A stretch of DNA of 64,000 nucleotides from Octopus sinensis (lineage: Eukaryota), in contig NC_042999.1 in assembly GCF_006345805.1 (NCBI RefSeq), positions 131,812,001 through 131,876,000 on the forward strand. The letters are read 5' to 3'. Numbering within the stretch: the first letter of the stretch is position 1; each line of letters opens with the position of its first letter. The notes beneath the pieces are model-generated. The model did no database searches, was not told the DNA's origin, and saw only the letters and a program-made list of their open reading frames with translations. Below are positions 1-13,537 of the stretch, piece by piece. The position numbers were made by a program, and so were the translations under genes.

Positions 1-242
1 CAAGAATACACATTAAGAAAGGTTAAGAAAAAATATCCTAAAACTCAATGAGCTTTTAGATAGATTATCTCTCTTTTGACTTCTGGAAAATCTTTTGCCC
101 AGATATTTATTTACTGATATTGTCAAAATTCTATTTCAATTGTTTTCAACTCATCAAATTGAGCCAAATCAAAATTTTAAACAAGCACTAATGGAAAGTA
201 TTCAGTGTTGATTTCAAATAAACAACTAAGATATATGTAATA

Positions 243-264
243 GATATAACCAATAATAATAATA

Positions 265-358
<94 letters not shown>
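243..358. repeat. (TAA)n / (TA)n compound microsatellite
   Basis: Directly visible simple repeats; they produce the spurious ORF 188..379. Confidence 0.95.
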
Positions 359-359
<1 letters not shown>

Positions 360-804
360 TTTAAAATCATTGTAATCATTGATGATGGATTCTAAGATTT
401 ACTTCATAGTACATGCAATAAAAATAGATACCCATAAGCTGACACTAGTTATATATATTACAGAATAATAAGACCTAAAACTTCCTTGTTAAAAACATAT
501 TGCAAATATGTAAACCTTAGAATGACGATTGTAATTTACAAATTTGACTGTAAAATTTAAAGTTGCAAATTTCATAATTCCAACAGTTGCATTAGGTAAA
601 CAAGTACAGCATTCTTTTATAAACTTACATACTTCTAAAACAAGGAGAAATTATGACACACTACACCACACACCATAAAACTAAACTAGATAGGCAAACA
701 AACAAAATATTTCCATACTTTATAGAATTCTTCACAGAAATAGAAGTCTAACTATGAAAGCAACATTAATATTGCAACACAAGGCTACAGTTAACATACA
801 GCAC

Positions 805-1517
805 CAGTGGTGGCTTGTAGATAAAATTAGTGTAGATGCTGCTTCAGAAAATTTTTAGCTGTTGTTTTAATATTGTGTAATATTGTGTAAGTAAACAAAC
901 ATATAAAAAGAAAATCTATACATAAACTTGATCGGTTTGCGTTTTAGCCACTGCCAGGTATTGTGTTTAATTCGTTTACTGAACACTGATGTGAATTCCC
1001 CCTTGTTTTCCAAAAATCCCACCTAAATCACAAAATAAGTGGGGCAAATGTGCCCTATTTTTCAAATCCTGGCAGCAACACTGAAGCTGGAAGTAGGATA
1101 ATAATCTAATCCTACACTTTATCACATTTAAGAATATAAACAGGCTTTTAAGTACAACACACATGGAGTCAAAAAGAAACACTACCTTTCATCAGAATAC
1201 AAGAGTCGGTACTACCGTTCATGCAGTGCTCTCTCTCTCCCTTGTGTGAAGCTTCCTATCTCGAATATGTGAGCATACGCACAACAGCCAAACACCATGT
1301 TGCTGGAACTGTGAAGCGCACAGTTCTGTACCAGGAATTTTGTATTTTTCCTCATAAACTAAGGGATGGTAACTGACATTAAGCTTAAGGATTATATAAT
1401 GTACAAGAATATAGAAATAATTAAAGAAAAAAGAACTCATATTGAATGTTATCGATAATATCGAGTGGAAATAGGGGGTGCTGCAGTTCTACAGTGCCTA
1501 TACATGAGCTGCCACTG
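805..1517. mobile_element. Non-autonomous DNA transposon, hAT-like termini
   Basis: Imperfect terminal inverted repeats CAGTGGTGGCTTGT (805) and ATGAGCTGCCACTG (ends 1517); differences are consistent with CpG decay of CAGTGGCGGCTCGT. No clean TSD found. Confidence 0.45.
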
Positions 1518-2004
1518 ATACAAATATGGTCAAGTTCTAGCAAGAAAATCTCTACAGATATAAGGAGCCCACTATAAAAAGGAAAGCAAAAACCTCTTCA
1601 CATCCTGAAGATGAGACTGAGATAACTTGGAAATTAATAAAGAGCAATTTGGAAGCTTTATTGTGCAGTATGAAACATAAGAATCTGATACATATATACG
1701 AGAAAACCTTAATAAAAAGATTAAATTGGAGGGAAAAGCTGTTCCCCATATATTTCAGGCATACACACACATGTTGATATATATGTATGTATGTATGTGT
1801 GTGTGTGTATATATATATATATTATATATATACATACGATGGGCTTCTTTCAGTTTCCATTTACCAAATCCACTCACAAGATTTTAATTGGCCTGAGGCT
1901 ATAGTAGAAGACTTGCCCAAGATACCATGCAATGGAACTGAACCCAGAACCATGTGGTTGGGAAGCAAGCTTCTTAGCACACAACCACACCTGCTTCTAT
2001 ATAT

Positions 2005-2040
<36 letters not shown>

Positions 2041-2430
2041 GGAATGGTGAACCTCAATGCAAATAAGGCTATGAATAATAGCATGTAAATATATTGGGTT
2101 AAAAACTCTTTGGATAGAAAAATTTGAAGGCTGTCCATGGGACACAAACCCATATTTCCTGTAAACATAACAGATGTTCTGCCATTGGACCAAAGCAATC
2201 CTTTGAATTCCTCCATTTTAGAAATTCTATTCTTACCTGTGAGATTTGTATGTTGTTGACATCATAAGAAATCAGAAACTTTGAGAAAACACAAAATAAT
2301 TTTTTGTAGAAACAGTGAATCTTAAAGCATATAAAACTATAAATAATTGGGCTAAAATCATTTTTTGGATAGAAAATATCAAAGGCTGACATAAAAAAAA
2401 ATATGTGTATATATTAAAGATATATATTCT

Positions 2431-2465
<35 letters not shown>

Positions 2466-3044
2466 TGTTATCTATGCTTGCATGGGTTGCATTAAACTAC
2501 ATTGGAGCAAAGTTTCTATGGCCAGATGCTCTTCCTGATGCCAACCCTCACCTGTCTCCAAAAAAGGTAGCAATCTATCAAACAATGAACTACCTGGATT
2601 TGGTTTTATGGTGAGCTGCAAGCAATGGAACAACAAGGTTATCATTTACAGTCAGCAAACAAAATTGAAGATGAAGGGAAACACAAACTCTCTCTCTCTC
2701 TCACACACACACATATACATGCACACACACTGCTATAGACTTCTTCACCTTTTGTTTCCCAGTTTCACTTCCAAGGCATTCATGCAATGGGACCAAGTCC
2801 CCTGACCGTATGGTTCAGAGATGAACTTCTTAATCACACTCCCATGCCTGCACCTGGATGATGGGGTCTGATGTTGAAACCCCATGAAACCCCCTAGAGC
2901 ATCCACAAGATGTATTTTAAAATTATGTATATTATTTTCTGTTTTTAAACATAACATTTGTATTCAGTTTCTCCTTAATACAAAATAAAATTACTTAATT
3001 CAGAACATTTCAAATACTTTTTTTTTTCATCTATTTTTGAACAG

Positions 3045-3647
3045 GTTTACCCTACCGAAATAGTGCAAGGTTACTGAAAACAAATGGTGCTTATCCAACA
3101 GAATATGTGTCTGATAACGAACCAAATCAACCTGTATTGAGAAACTTTTCACACAGATTACCTGACGACAAAGTGCAAAGGCCTACAAGAAGCTATCCAT
3201 ATGAAAATGCTGCTCTTTCTGGATACAATAATGAACTTACTAGGTCACTTCAAAGATCAAACATATCTAAGTCATTCTCAGTAAAATCTGGTTCTTCAAA
3301 ATCTTCTCTTAAAAATAAAGGCAGTAGTCGAACAGGTTCTCTATTGTCACGGAAATCTCAGAATAACAGTCCGCGGTTAGCCAAATCAACCACGAGCACA
3401 GTAATTAGTGAACACAACAGCTCTGAACTATTGTTTCCACCTTCTCACTCTGGCCTGGACAACAGTAATAATGATCTCAGCATACATGCCAAGGTCAATC
3501 CATTACTAGATCTTGAGTTTGATGCTGAATGTTCTGTATCAAATCCTGATCAAACAGATAATGTTGAAATTTATGCCCAGGAAAAATCAGTAGATGAACA
3601 GAGTTGCATTGAAAGCATAAGTGATGTGACAGAATCAGAAACAAAAG
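3045..3647 (+). CDS. Internal 603-nt coding exon of an unidentified gene (Ser/Lys/Asn-rich, probably disordered)
   Basis: Acceptor tttttgaacag|GT at 3045; open frame (G)LPYRNSARLLKTNG...SDVTESETK, covering ORF 3107..3688; phase 1-1 if the donor AAAG|GCAAGT at 3648 is used. No family recognised. Confidence 0.75.
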
Positions 3648-4835
3648 GCAAGTTGGTGATTTATTACAATTTATCAGTTTTCTTTTAATATTTTAAAGGC
3701 AATGACTTGGTAGAATCATTAGCATGCCAGGCAAAATGCTTTGCAGCATTTCATCCAGCTGTATGTTCTGAGTTCAAATTCTGCTGAGGTCAACTTCACC
3801 TTTCATCCTTCCAGGGTTGATAAAATAAATACCAGTTGAGTATTGGAGTTGATGTAATCAACTTACCCACTCCCCAGAAATTGCTGGCCTTGTGCCAACA
3901 TTTGAAATCAATATTTTAAAGGCAACGAGCTGGAAGAATCGTTATCACTCCGGGAAAAATACTTAGCAGCGTTTCAACTGTCTCATTGTTCTGAGTTCAA
4001 ATTCTACTGAGGTTGACTTTGCCTTTCATTCTTTTGGATCCATAAAATAAGAGCCAGTTGAGCATTGGGGTTGATGTAAAAATATTGTGCCAAAATTTGA
4101 AACCAATATTTCAAAGGCAGTGTGCTGGCAGAATCAAAGTTACTGCAGGGGATGTTGTGTATAATGTAAGGGCAGCAGTGGAGGAAGTGCTTAACCCTTT
4201 AGCCTTCTGATTACTCTGTCAAATGTAATGCTTATTTAATTATTTAAATTAATCATGCATTATCTCATAGCTTTGGGTTGGTGTCAGCAGTTAGATCTGG
4301 TCACTTTGAACATAAAATAGGGAAAATATTTTGGTCAGATATGGCCAGTTCAAATGCTAAAGTGTTAAGAAGTCATGGGTGTTTGAGAGTAAGTAATAAA
4401 CTGTGAGTTGTACAGAAAAATGATTTGTATAATAGTTCAGTACACACTAAAATTTGTACTTTTTCTTGGACCACTGACAAATTTATTAGCAGATCAGAAC
4501 TCTTAGTTTAGTAATAAATGTTGTTAGTTCAAATTTAGTGTGGTGCTACAAACACATCCATAAATAAATGACCCAATGATGATTGCAGAGATCAAACCGA
4601 TCAGAATGTTGTGTAGATATGATTATTGGCAATCTTTCAAGTCTAAAGAATAGTCAGAAAAATTCAAATTATATTAACAAGTCAACTCAGACATTTAAAC
4701 ATTTCACAAAATGTCACTAATATTTCTATACGTCATCACACAATTTCTCTGCCAGTTTCTAGCATGGTACTTAAATCAAAAATCAATATTTTTATCAGTT
4801 CTAATTCAATAATTAAATATTTGATTGTATTGCAG

Positions 4836-4919
4836 GTCAAAAAGTAACCACACAAGCATTTGAGTTTCTTGACAGTTACTTATCTGATGATGATGCAGAT
4901 AAACAGAAAGATACTATAA
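4836..4919 (+). CDS. 84-nt internal exon, copy A (GQKVTTQAFEFLDSYLSDDDADKQKDTI)
   Basis: Acceptor attgtattgcag|, donor |gtgagt, phase 1-1 and in frame with the 3045-3647 exon; paralogous to 6408-6491. Confidence 0.8.
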
Positions 4920-6407
4920 GTGAGTTGTTTTTAATATATCCAGAGTTTAAGACAGAATCATCTTTTATGTCTTGAGTTCAAATCTCATCGAAGACCAACT
5001 TTGTTTTTCATTTCTGTTGAGTGAATAAAATAAGTACCAATCATTTCCTGCTGATATTTGTTCCTTTAGATTAAACATTTAGGCTGTGTGGTAAGAAGCT
5101 TATTTCCCAATGACATAGTTCTGGGTTCAGTCTCACTGCATGAGCAAATGTCTTCTACTATAGCCTCCAGCCGACTGAAGCCTTGTGAGTGAATTTAGTA
5201 GAGGGAAACTGAAAGTAGGCCATCATTCATGTGTGTGTCTTTGTGTCTGTGTTTGTCACCCACCACCACTTGATAACCGGTGTTGATGTGTTTACATCCC
5301 TGTAACTTAGCAGTTTGGCAAAAGACACCAAAAGAATAAATGCTAGGCTTAAAAATATCTAGTCCTAGGGTCAATTTGTTCAACTAAAACTTCAACGTGG
5401 TGTCCCAGCATGGCTGCAGTCAAATTACTGAAACAAGTAAAAATATATGTATGTATATATTAGCATATTTACTTTAATACTATTACTTTCTGAATTCAAA
5501 TTTTGTTAAGTTCGATTTTCATCTTCCTGGGACAGGTAAAACATGTTCTAACATATATACTTCTTAGGTATGAAATCAAAGAATAGGTCATTCAACTTGC
5601 TAGAAACAACCAAATTTCTCTCAACCTACACTTTACCATCTGAAAAAGGGAAAGGCACATTGGAGAATGTAATCTCAGACACACTCAAATAAAGAGATGC
5701 TCTTGGTTGGAAAGTTTCTGATCATAGGTCTGTTCCACTAGGGTTGGACTGCACAGTAACAACTTCACATTCCTCACATAACTAAAGCTCATATCTTCAT
5801 GCAACTAACACTGAGCACAATTCCTGGGGAAAGTGGCCCATCCCTGCTAAGTGGTATTTATCCATCATTGCATTGCAATATATACAAGACTAGAATGCAG
5901 TGAGCTGGCAGAATCATTGCTGTGCTGGGCAAAATGCTTAGTGGCATTTCATCCATCTTTATGTTCTGAGTTCAAATTCCACCAAGGTAAATTTTGCCTT
6001 TCATCCTGTCAGAGTTGATAAAATAAATACCAATTTAGTACTGGGGGTTGATGTAATAAACTTACTCTCAGCCCTGGAACTGCTGGCCTTGTGCAAGACT
6101 ACAATACCATTATGCATCTGACAGCCTGCAAGCTACTTGCTTCCTAAATTGCAGCAGAGCCTTCTGATCCCTGACCCAGAGTGTCTCTATCAACTTAACA
6201 GAATCCTGAACTAAGATAATTCTATAAATAGTAGTCTTGCTGAAGAAGTCTCCTGTTTCAACTTCAGCTATATATTGCTCTCTCTCAACAAAACTCCTCA
6301 CAAACTCTTATTCTCTTTTCCCTGAGTTATACCATTACATTACACACAGCTGCTACATGTGAGAATGTCTTTCATCACAACATTTCAAACATCTCATTGT
6401 ATTGCAG

Positions 6408-6491
6408 GTCAGAATGTAACCACACAAGCTTTTGAGTTTCTAGATAATTATTTATCTGATGACGAAGTAGAAAAACAGAAGGATAATACAT
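6408..6491 (+). CDS. 84-nt internal exon, copy B (GQNVTTQAFEFLDNYLSDDEVEKQKDNT)
   Basis: Acceptor attgtattgcag|, donor |gtaagt, phase 1-1; 69/84 nt and 21/28 aa identical to copy A by hand count. Confidence 0.8.
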
Positions 6492-7311
6492 GTAAGTTTT
6501 TTTGTAATATATCTTTGTTTTTGCAAAACACATACAAATTCCCCCACTACATATATATGCTTCTGTGTGTGTGTGTGCGTGCGCGCGTGCGCAAGTATGT
6601 TCGTACGTACACAAATATGTGTGTGTGTCTGGTAAAAAGATGACTTGACATGCTACATATGTTTCAATAGCATGGTAATTTATTCATGATTTGTGCATTA
6701 TGTAATCTGAAATCACCTGCCATCTTAGCAGGCATCTGAACTGTCAGTAGAATAAAAACTTCTTCACCACATGACATAAGTGACTAATGTTACTGCTGAG
6801 ATTGAAGTTGCAGAATACCCAATATCATTCAACAATTGATCTTAATTTTGAGATTGGATGATAAAATGGAAATATTAAATTAGTAACTTATTAGTATTCC
6901 AGTAGTGTGAGCTGCTTCCCAATTACATGATTGAAGCTTCCAAGCTAATAACCATTATCAACTGGATCCCCACCAACTGATAAATATATATATATATATA
7001 TATATATATTTGGAAAAAGAAAAAGAGTAACTTCACTGGTAGTTTAATTTATTATTTTATATGTTTATAAATGTATACATACACATGCAAACACATATAT
7101 ACAAACTCATGTGCATATGTTCTTTTTTATGTGTATGTTATTGCTTTAATTGCAATCTACAAACTAAAATGTAAAATTTATATTATTAAAAAAAATTTTT
7201 AATAAAAAATTAAACTGATTAGAACTACCAATGAAGTCTTTTTTCAAATATAACTGTACCAAGGGTCTCACACAATTTCGAATATATATATGTGTGTGTG
7301 TTCACATACAC

Positions 7312-7376
<65 letters not shown>

Positions 7377-7395
7377 TTATATATATATATATATA

Positions 7396-8424
7396 TCTTT
7401 ATATATATAAAACTGAGAATGTGTGTGTGTCTGTCTGTCTGTGTGTTTCCCTAAAACTTGAGAACTACACAACCAATTTCATTCAAATTTTACACATGCC
7501 TTACTTAGGGTCCATGTAGTTTCATGGGCAAAAAAAATGTTCAACTTCTTGCCTAGAGCGAGCCCATAGCAATATCATATCTTCTCCACTATTTCAGTAT
7601 TACGTGTTAAAAGTGAAACAAAAACATTTCTTTATTTTATGTCAGATACTTTCACTTTAACAATAAAAATAATAATTACAATTGAATTATATGTAGTAAG
7701 TAATAATTAAAATCAAACTAAAGTATAATATAATCGTAACATAACAAAAGTAAAAGTAACAATTGGTATAAAATTGCATCAATGACTTGAACTTGAATAA
7801 GTGGTTTCCCATGAATGGGAATAAATTAAAAATAAAATTAGCGTGCAGAAATGAAATAGTCCAGATGGATAATAAAAAATTAAATTAAAGAAAAGACTAT
7901 TGTCTATAAAGTATACAATGTAGAGAAAAACGAAGATTTGAACACATGGAGGAAAGCACCTTCGAAAAGTGTCATGATGTGACTATGAAAGATATCTAAC
8001 CAGAGGCGGTAAATTCGCCACAATAGAAGCAAGGTTCGAGTCAACGGAGCGTGCAAGGGAGTACTCGACTCAAACTTGCAAAGTGGAAATATTTTACCTT
8101 TATATCTGGGACATAGGACGTCCCGGAAAAAAATTTTTAATGCCCTCCCCCCGAAGTAGAGGTAGGCTGGATTGTAGCCACACTTCTATAGAAGAGGGAG
8201 GACAAGATACAATTGATCGAAATTACAAGAGACGGACTAACAATTCTAGTCTGTTATATATTTTGAGTATTGTTATCACTAGCAATATCAAGATATAACT
8301 TTGTATTTTGTATTTTATGTGTAGATGTATATATATAGATGTACATGTAATATGTACACATATATATATACATATATACATGCACTAGCACTATGACCTG
8401 GCAACGACGGGTCTTTAATGCTAG
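7396..8424 (+). mobile_element. Non-autonomous Helitron-type element
   Basis: Starts A|TC-tttatatatataaaa...gtgtgtgtctgtctgt; ends with hairpin GACCTG-gcaacga-CGGGTC (8395-8413) followed by CTAG|T (8421-8424). The 5' part is repeated at about 18537-18820. Confidence 0.6.
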
Positions 8425-8451
8425 TATATATATATATATATATATATACAC

Positions 8452-9676
8452 ACAAGATAAGAAAATGGAGAAATACATCTAAATCAAATATCAATTACCA
8501 GACAATACTCAATCACATACTTTATTAGACCACCACATAAGAGACTGTAGGGTTAAATATAAAAAGCAGAACAAATCAGTGTACATAAAGGAATGTACAT
8601 AAAAAAGTGTACATAAAAGAGTAAGTTGTATAATAAGTAGAATATATATAAAAGAGAATATAAATATAAGTGTAGGTTACATCTTACAGCTGTTTCGACC
8701 ATGTAGATAAGTATGTCTCATTTACCAATATTAGCCCTTTATGGTTGGTCAATATATAGATATAAATGAGACATTTACAAAAATATCATAAGGCCTCTTC
8801 GGAGATTATGTAATATAACTCAGTCTACATATATACCCACATGGGTGTGGGTGCATACCCACAATACAACATATACATATGAGTGCATATACTCACACTC
8901 TTATACATATAAAAATATATATACATTTACATAATGATATAAATAAATAATATAAATTAGTAAACATATATATGTGTTCCACATTCAATGTCTCAGTTTT
9001 TCGACTTAATATTGTGATAATAAACATACACAAATTAGTACCTAGATGCAAATATACATAGTCAATAGTACATTATATTACTTCATAATAATTTCTAAAG
9101 TGTCATTAAAGTTAGCATCATTATCGTTGTCAATACCGAACACATATATATGTTTACTAATTTATATTATTTATTTATATCATTATGTAAATGTATATAT
9201 ATTTTTATATGTATAAGAGTGTGAGTATATGCACTCATATGTATATGTATATGTTGTATTGTGGGTATGCACCCACACCCATGTGGGTATATATGTAGAC
9301 TGAGTTATATTACATAATCTCCGAAGAGGCCTTATGATATTTTTGTAAATGTCTCATTTATATCTATATATTGACCAACCATAAAGGGCTAATATTGGTA
9401 AAATGAGACATACTTATCTACATGGCCGAAACAGCTGTAAGATGTAACCTATACTTATATTTATATTTACTTATATTTATATTCTCTTTTATATATATTC
9501 TACTTATTATACAACATTACTCTTTTATGTACATTCCTTTATGTACACTGATTTGTTCTGCTTTTTTATGTTTAACCCTACAGTCTCTTATGTGGTGGTT
9601 TAATAAAGTATGTGATTGAGTATTATCTGATAATTGATATTTGATTTAGATGTATTTCTCCATTTTCTTATCTTGT
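8452..9676. mobile_element. Long inverted repeat (arms 8452-8979 and 9138-9676, 158-bp spacer) with a hammerhead-like motif in each arm; probable Penelope-like element remnant
   Basis: Arms are near-identical reverse complements. Motif ATCT-CCGAAGA-GGCC...GGCC-GAAA-CAGCTG-TA-AGAT at 9317-9443 (+), mirrored at 8681-8806 (-). The inverted repeat is certain; the PLE assignment is inference. Confidence 0.7.
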
Positions 9677-9847
9677 ATTAGTAATTTGTGGTAAATCCTT
9701 TTACATTTGCCCATATGATACAGTAATTGAATTGATTGCATCGCAATCATTAACATTTATGTATTAACTTTGTTGGGTACTTCACTAGCAGTATATTGGA
9801 TATATGTTATCCCATGGAGGGTTGCAATTACAACCCCTATCTTAATT

Positions 9848-9885
<38 letters not shown>

Positions 9886-12569
9886 GACTTACAGTTTCCA
9901 GCCACCATTTCCATTCACAAAGCATTGGTTGGTCCAAGAACAATGTAGAAAATCACTTAAAACACTTGCTCACAGTGTCAAGAAACAGGATAGAACCTGA
10001 GACCACATGATAACAAAATGAACTTTGTATCCACTCAGCTATGCCTGTAGTTAAATAATTTATTAAGAGGAATGCAAAAATCTTGCACTTTTCCTACCAG
10101 TTTTAGTGTAAGTGTGTGTGTGTGTGTGTGTGTCTGTCTGTCTGTCTGTCTGTTGATAAGTGTGTCAAGCAAGAAAACAAGCATTTGAAAGTTATTTCAT
10201 GTGTTGGGCAGTTATTTTCATTATGTTTTCTGAAAATTATAATTATTTGAAATAATAATATTAGCTGTGCTTCAGTATTGTACCCATAAAAAGATTGATA
10301 AATTCATTTCTATCAATAATTATTGATTATTTATTTGAACTCTTTCTAAAATTCTGATTGATAACCATTTGTTTGTTTGTTTGTTTGTTTAATTAGATGA
10401 ATCACCAAGATAATAGTACCAGCTACTGAGACAATTCACTTTCATCTTGATTTGGTATCAAGCCAAAGTCCAGGAATTGGCTGAGTTACCCATAGTCACT
10501 CGAACCTGTATTGTTGCAGTTCAATGCAGAATGTGATCATTGAATTATTTTAAATTTTTCTGTCTGCTTCATATGACATTGGACGCAGTGTAAAGATTAT
10601 AATTTCACAACCCGGTTTGATGGTGACTTGTCTGAACAATACATTGGTTGATTATAATATTGGCCTTACATACACAACAGGAAGATATCATTACACATCA
10701 CATACTGAAATAACATTTGAAGCGTGAAACATTTTGAACATTTTTACATTGCAAACATGTCATTATACTGTATATATACATATATATATATGATTTAATA
10801 AAATAAATTTGTCATCTGTGTATATAGATGTGTGTATGTGTGTGTGAGAGAGAGAGCAAGTTATTAAATAATCTTACATTCCAATGTGTCACTACACTGT
10901 ATATAAAGAATGACTTATCAAACAGAAATTCTTTATATATGTGTATGTGTATGAATATATGTATGTATATATGTTTATAAATGTATACATACATGCACAA
11001 ACACATATATAAAAACTATGTGCATGTGTGTTTTTTTTTTACATCTGTGTTATTGCTTTAATTGCAATCTTTGAACTTGTGTTGCTGTTCTTGGAAACTT
11101 TTGTTTACAATGTTTGTCTCTGTAATCAAACTAAGCAAATCAATATATATAACTCTTAATATTTCTCTCTCTGGAGAATATTCTTGGTAAATACTTCTTT
11201 TTTACTTTGAACAATTCCAACTCTTCAGCTCTTTGGAAGCTTAATATTTTTTTCCCAATGTGTTTGAGACATAAGCAAAAATATTATACATATTTATATT
11301 AATATTTACTAAATATATCTATAATATTCCATTGGGTTGTTGAAATAACAGCAACAGTGCATGATAATACATTAACTGTATATTTGGAAATATAGAACTA
11401 GCTTTATAGGAATAACCGACAAGGTTTACAATAAATAGCTGATAATTCAGTAAACTGCTGCAGAAAATGACAGTTATTAATTCCTCAAAGTATCAAAATC
11501 TCATAAGTCTTTTTCCCCCTTCAGTAAAATCCTGGAACTGCTGTAAAAGAAAACACAGATGACATTTTGCATATTGCTAATGTTATCTTTCAATCTTTTT
11601 TTTTCTTTATTATTTAGTAGATTAAAAAAATATGTAACCCTTTTGATACCAACCTGCCAAAAACTGCCCTTATTTCTATGGTACAAACTTCCTGTTTTGA
11701 CTGTTTTGAAATGATCTAAATTTAAACCTTCCATCAAAATTTCATGTTCATTTATATTCCAGACACCAGCTTAATTATGATAAAGTTAGTTTACTAAATT
11801 CTTCCATTGGTTTCAAAATCAATTGAAATAAAGGTAGAGTATTTGAACGGAAATATTGGAACAAAGGGGTTAAAATATTAAGCTCTTTCCCATATTATTT
11901 TGTATCCTGCCATTTATTGTTAGAGAAATCAAATGAAGACTTCAGGGCTTCCATAATATCCATCATATTGCTGATATAAACCACATCAAAAGTGATCTGG
12001 TGAAGTATATTGACAAATGAAACTGCTATCCTTTACCAGAATGATGAGTAATAATGCACATAACAACTCATTTCTGTATCTTGTATTTGAATGACTGTCA
12101 AATAAATCAGTATTTTGTGTGAAAACCTGCTCACTATCAAATCATTTAGTGCTGTTGGAAGGAGTTATGATTACTATTATTATGACTTCCAAATATAGGG
12201 AGTAGTTAAATCACTTGCTCTCTTTAAACTTTAAACTAACTGTTGCCATGTAAAACTGTTGAAAAATGTAATTTACTTCAGTTCAACCTTAATGAGGGCG
12301 TTAAAATTGCTCAAACATTTTTGTAACTCAAGATTTTCATAAAATGTCTGTATGACCAAAACAAAAAGAATTAAAAAAATTTACAGAAATGTTTGTTTTT
12401 GGAGTTATTTTTGCATTTCATTTCTATTGTTCTATTTTAAATAATGTCATCTGAAAATTCTGTATTATGTTAAATACAACTTTAATTTTTGGGGGGTTTT
12501 TCTTTGAAACTTCTTGATTCTAGGTTTTATTTCTAAATTTGGAAGTTCCTTTCTTTTATGTTTGACCAA

Positions 12570-13085
12570 ATGAGCTATGAGAACTAGGTCATTAGCATAC
12601 AGGAGTTCTCATGAATAACCAGTCTTAAATTCCTCTGTTATGGCTGGAAGGACTCTAACAAACTGAAAATGATTAAGAATTAAATCCTGATGGATACCAC
12701 CCTGCACCCTAAATTCCTTGTTGAACTAATTCTTATTGAAGGCACCTCCATATTTGTATAGCAGTCATAAACCATTTTTCTATCCCTAGTTTTCTTAACA
12801 ACCACCCTACTACAGTGTAAGGAACTCTGTTAAAGAGCTTCTCATGACAAAGGTGGGTGTCAGTGGTACTCCATTCTAGCATAAACCCAAACTGCATCTC
12901 ATCTGGACTTTTTTTTTTCTAAGCAGTTGTGTTATAACTTTTTCAGTAATTTCATAATCTAATCCATCAGTTTTATACCTCTGTAGTCACTTCTTTCTAA
13001 AATATTTCTTTTACCCTTGTAATCATTAAGGATAATACATCTATGCCATCATTGGATATGACACTTTCCTATATTATCTGATTGG
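12570..13085 (-). mobile_element. Degraded RTE-clade LINE reverse transcriptase fragment
   Basis: Minus-strand motifs RGIKLMD, DEMQFGFM and ELLYANDLVLIA, with stops and frameshifts. Confidence 0.75.
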
Positions 13086-13537
13086 ACATGCATGTGATTA
13101 GCATGCAACCTGCCTCCCTGGGTATCTCAAGCAGTCTTGGGAAGCATTGTACTGGAGAGGATCTGTCCAATCCATCTAAGCATGGTAAAGTGGTTGCAAA
13201 AATTTATGGAGACTGGGACACATAATCAGCTATACCCGATTTATCAATATCTCCTCATATCACAGCTTTGCGATGTTCCTCTACCTTTAAATCGAGTATA
13301 GCTGATTATGTATGGAAAAATGGAGACCACCTCCCCCTGTGGGATGAAGTTAAAATAATAGACAGAGAACGCCACTGGAAAATATGAAAACTAAAAGAAG
13401 CAGCACATATGCTAGGACACAACAACCTCCTAAGCAGACTGAGTGCAGATATGAATAGCATATGAGAACCAGTATTAAGGAAGGATAGGAAAATATTAGA
13501 TTCATAATCCCTAAAAATTCACTCCATAATTGCCCAC

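Noticed and set aside
188-2041. Short ORFs rich in IY/YI/YY
   Set aside because: Microsatellite translations; the same applies to similar ORFs at 7292, 8254, 9770, 39437, 43227 and 51712.
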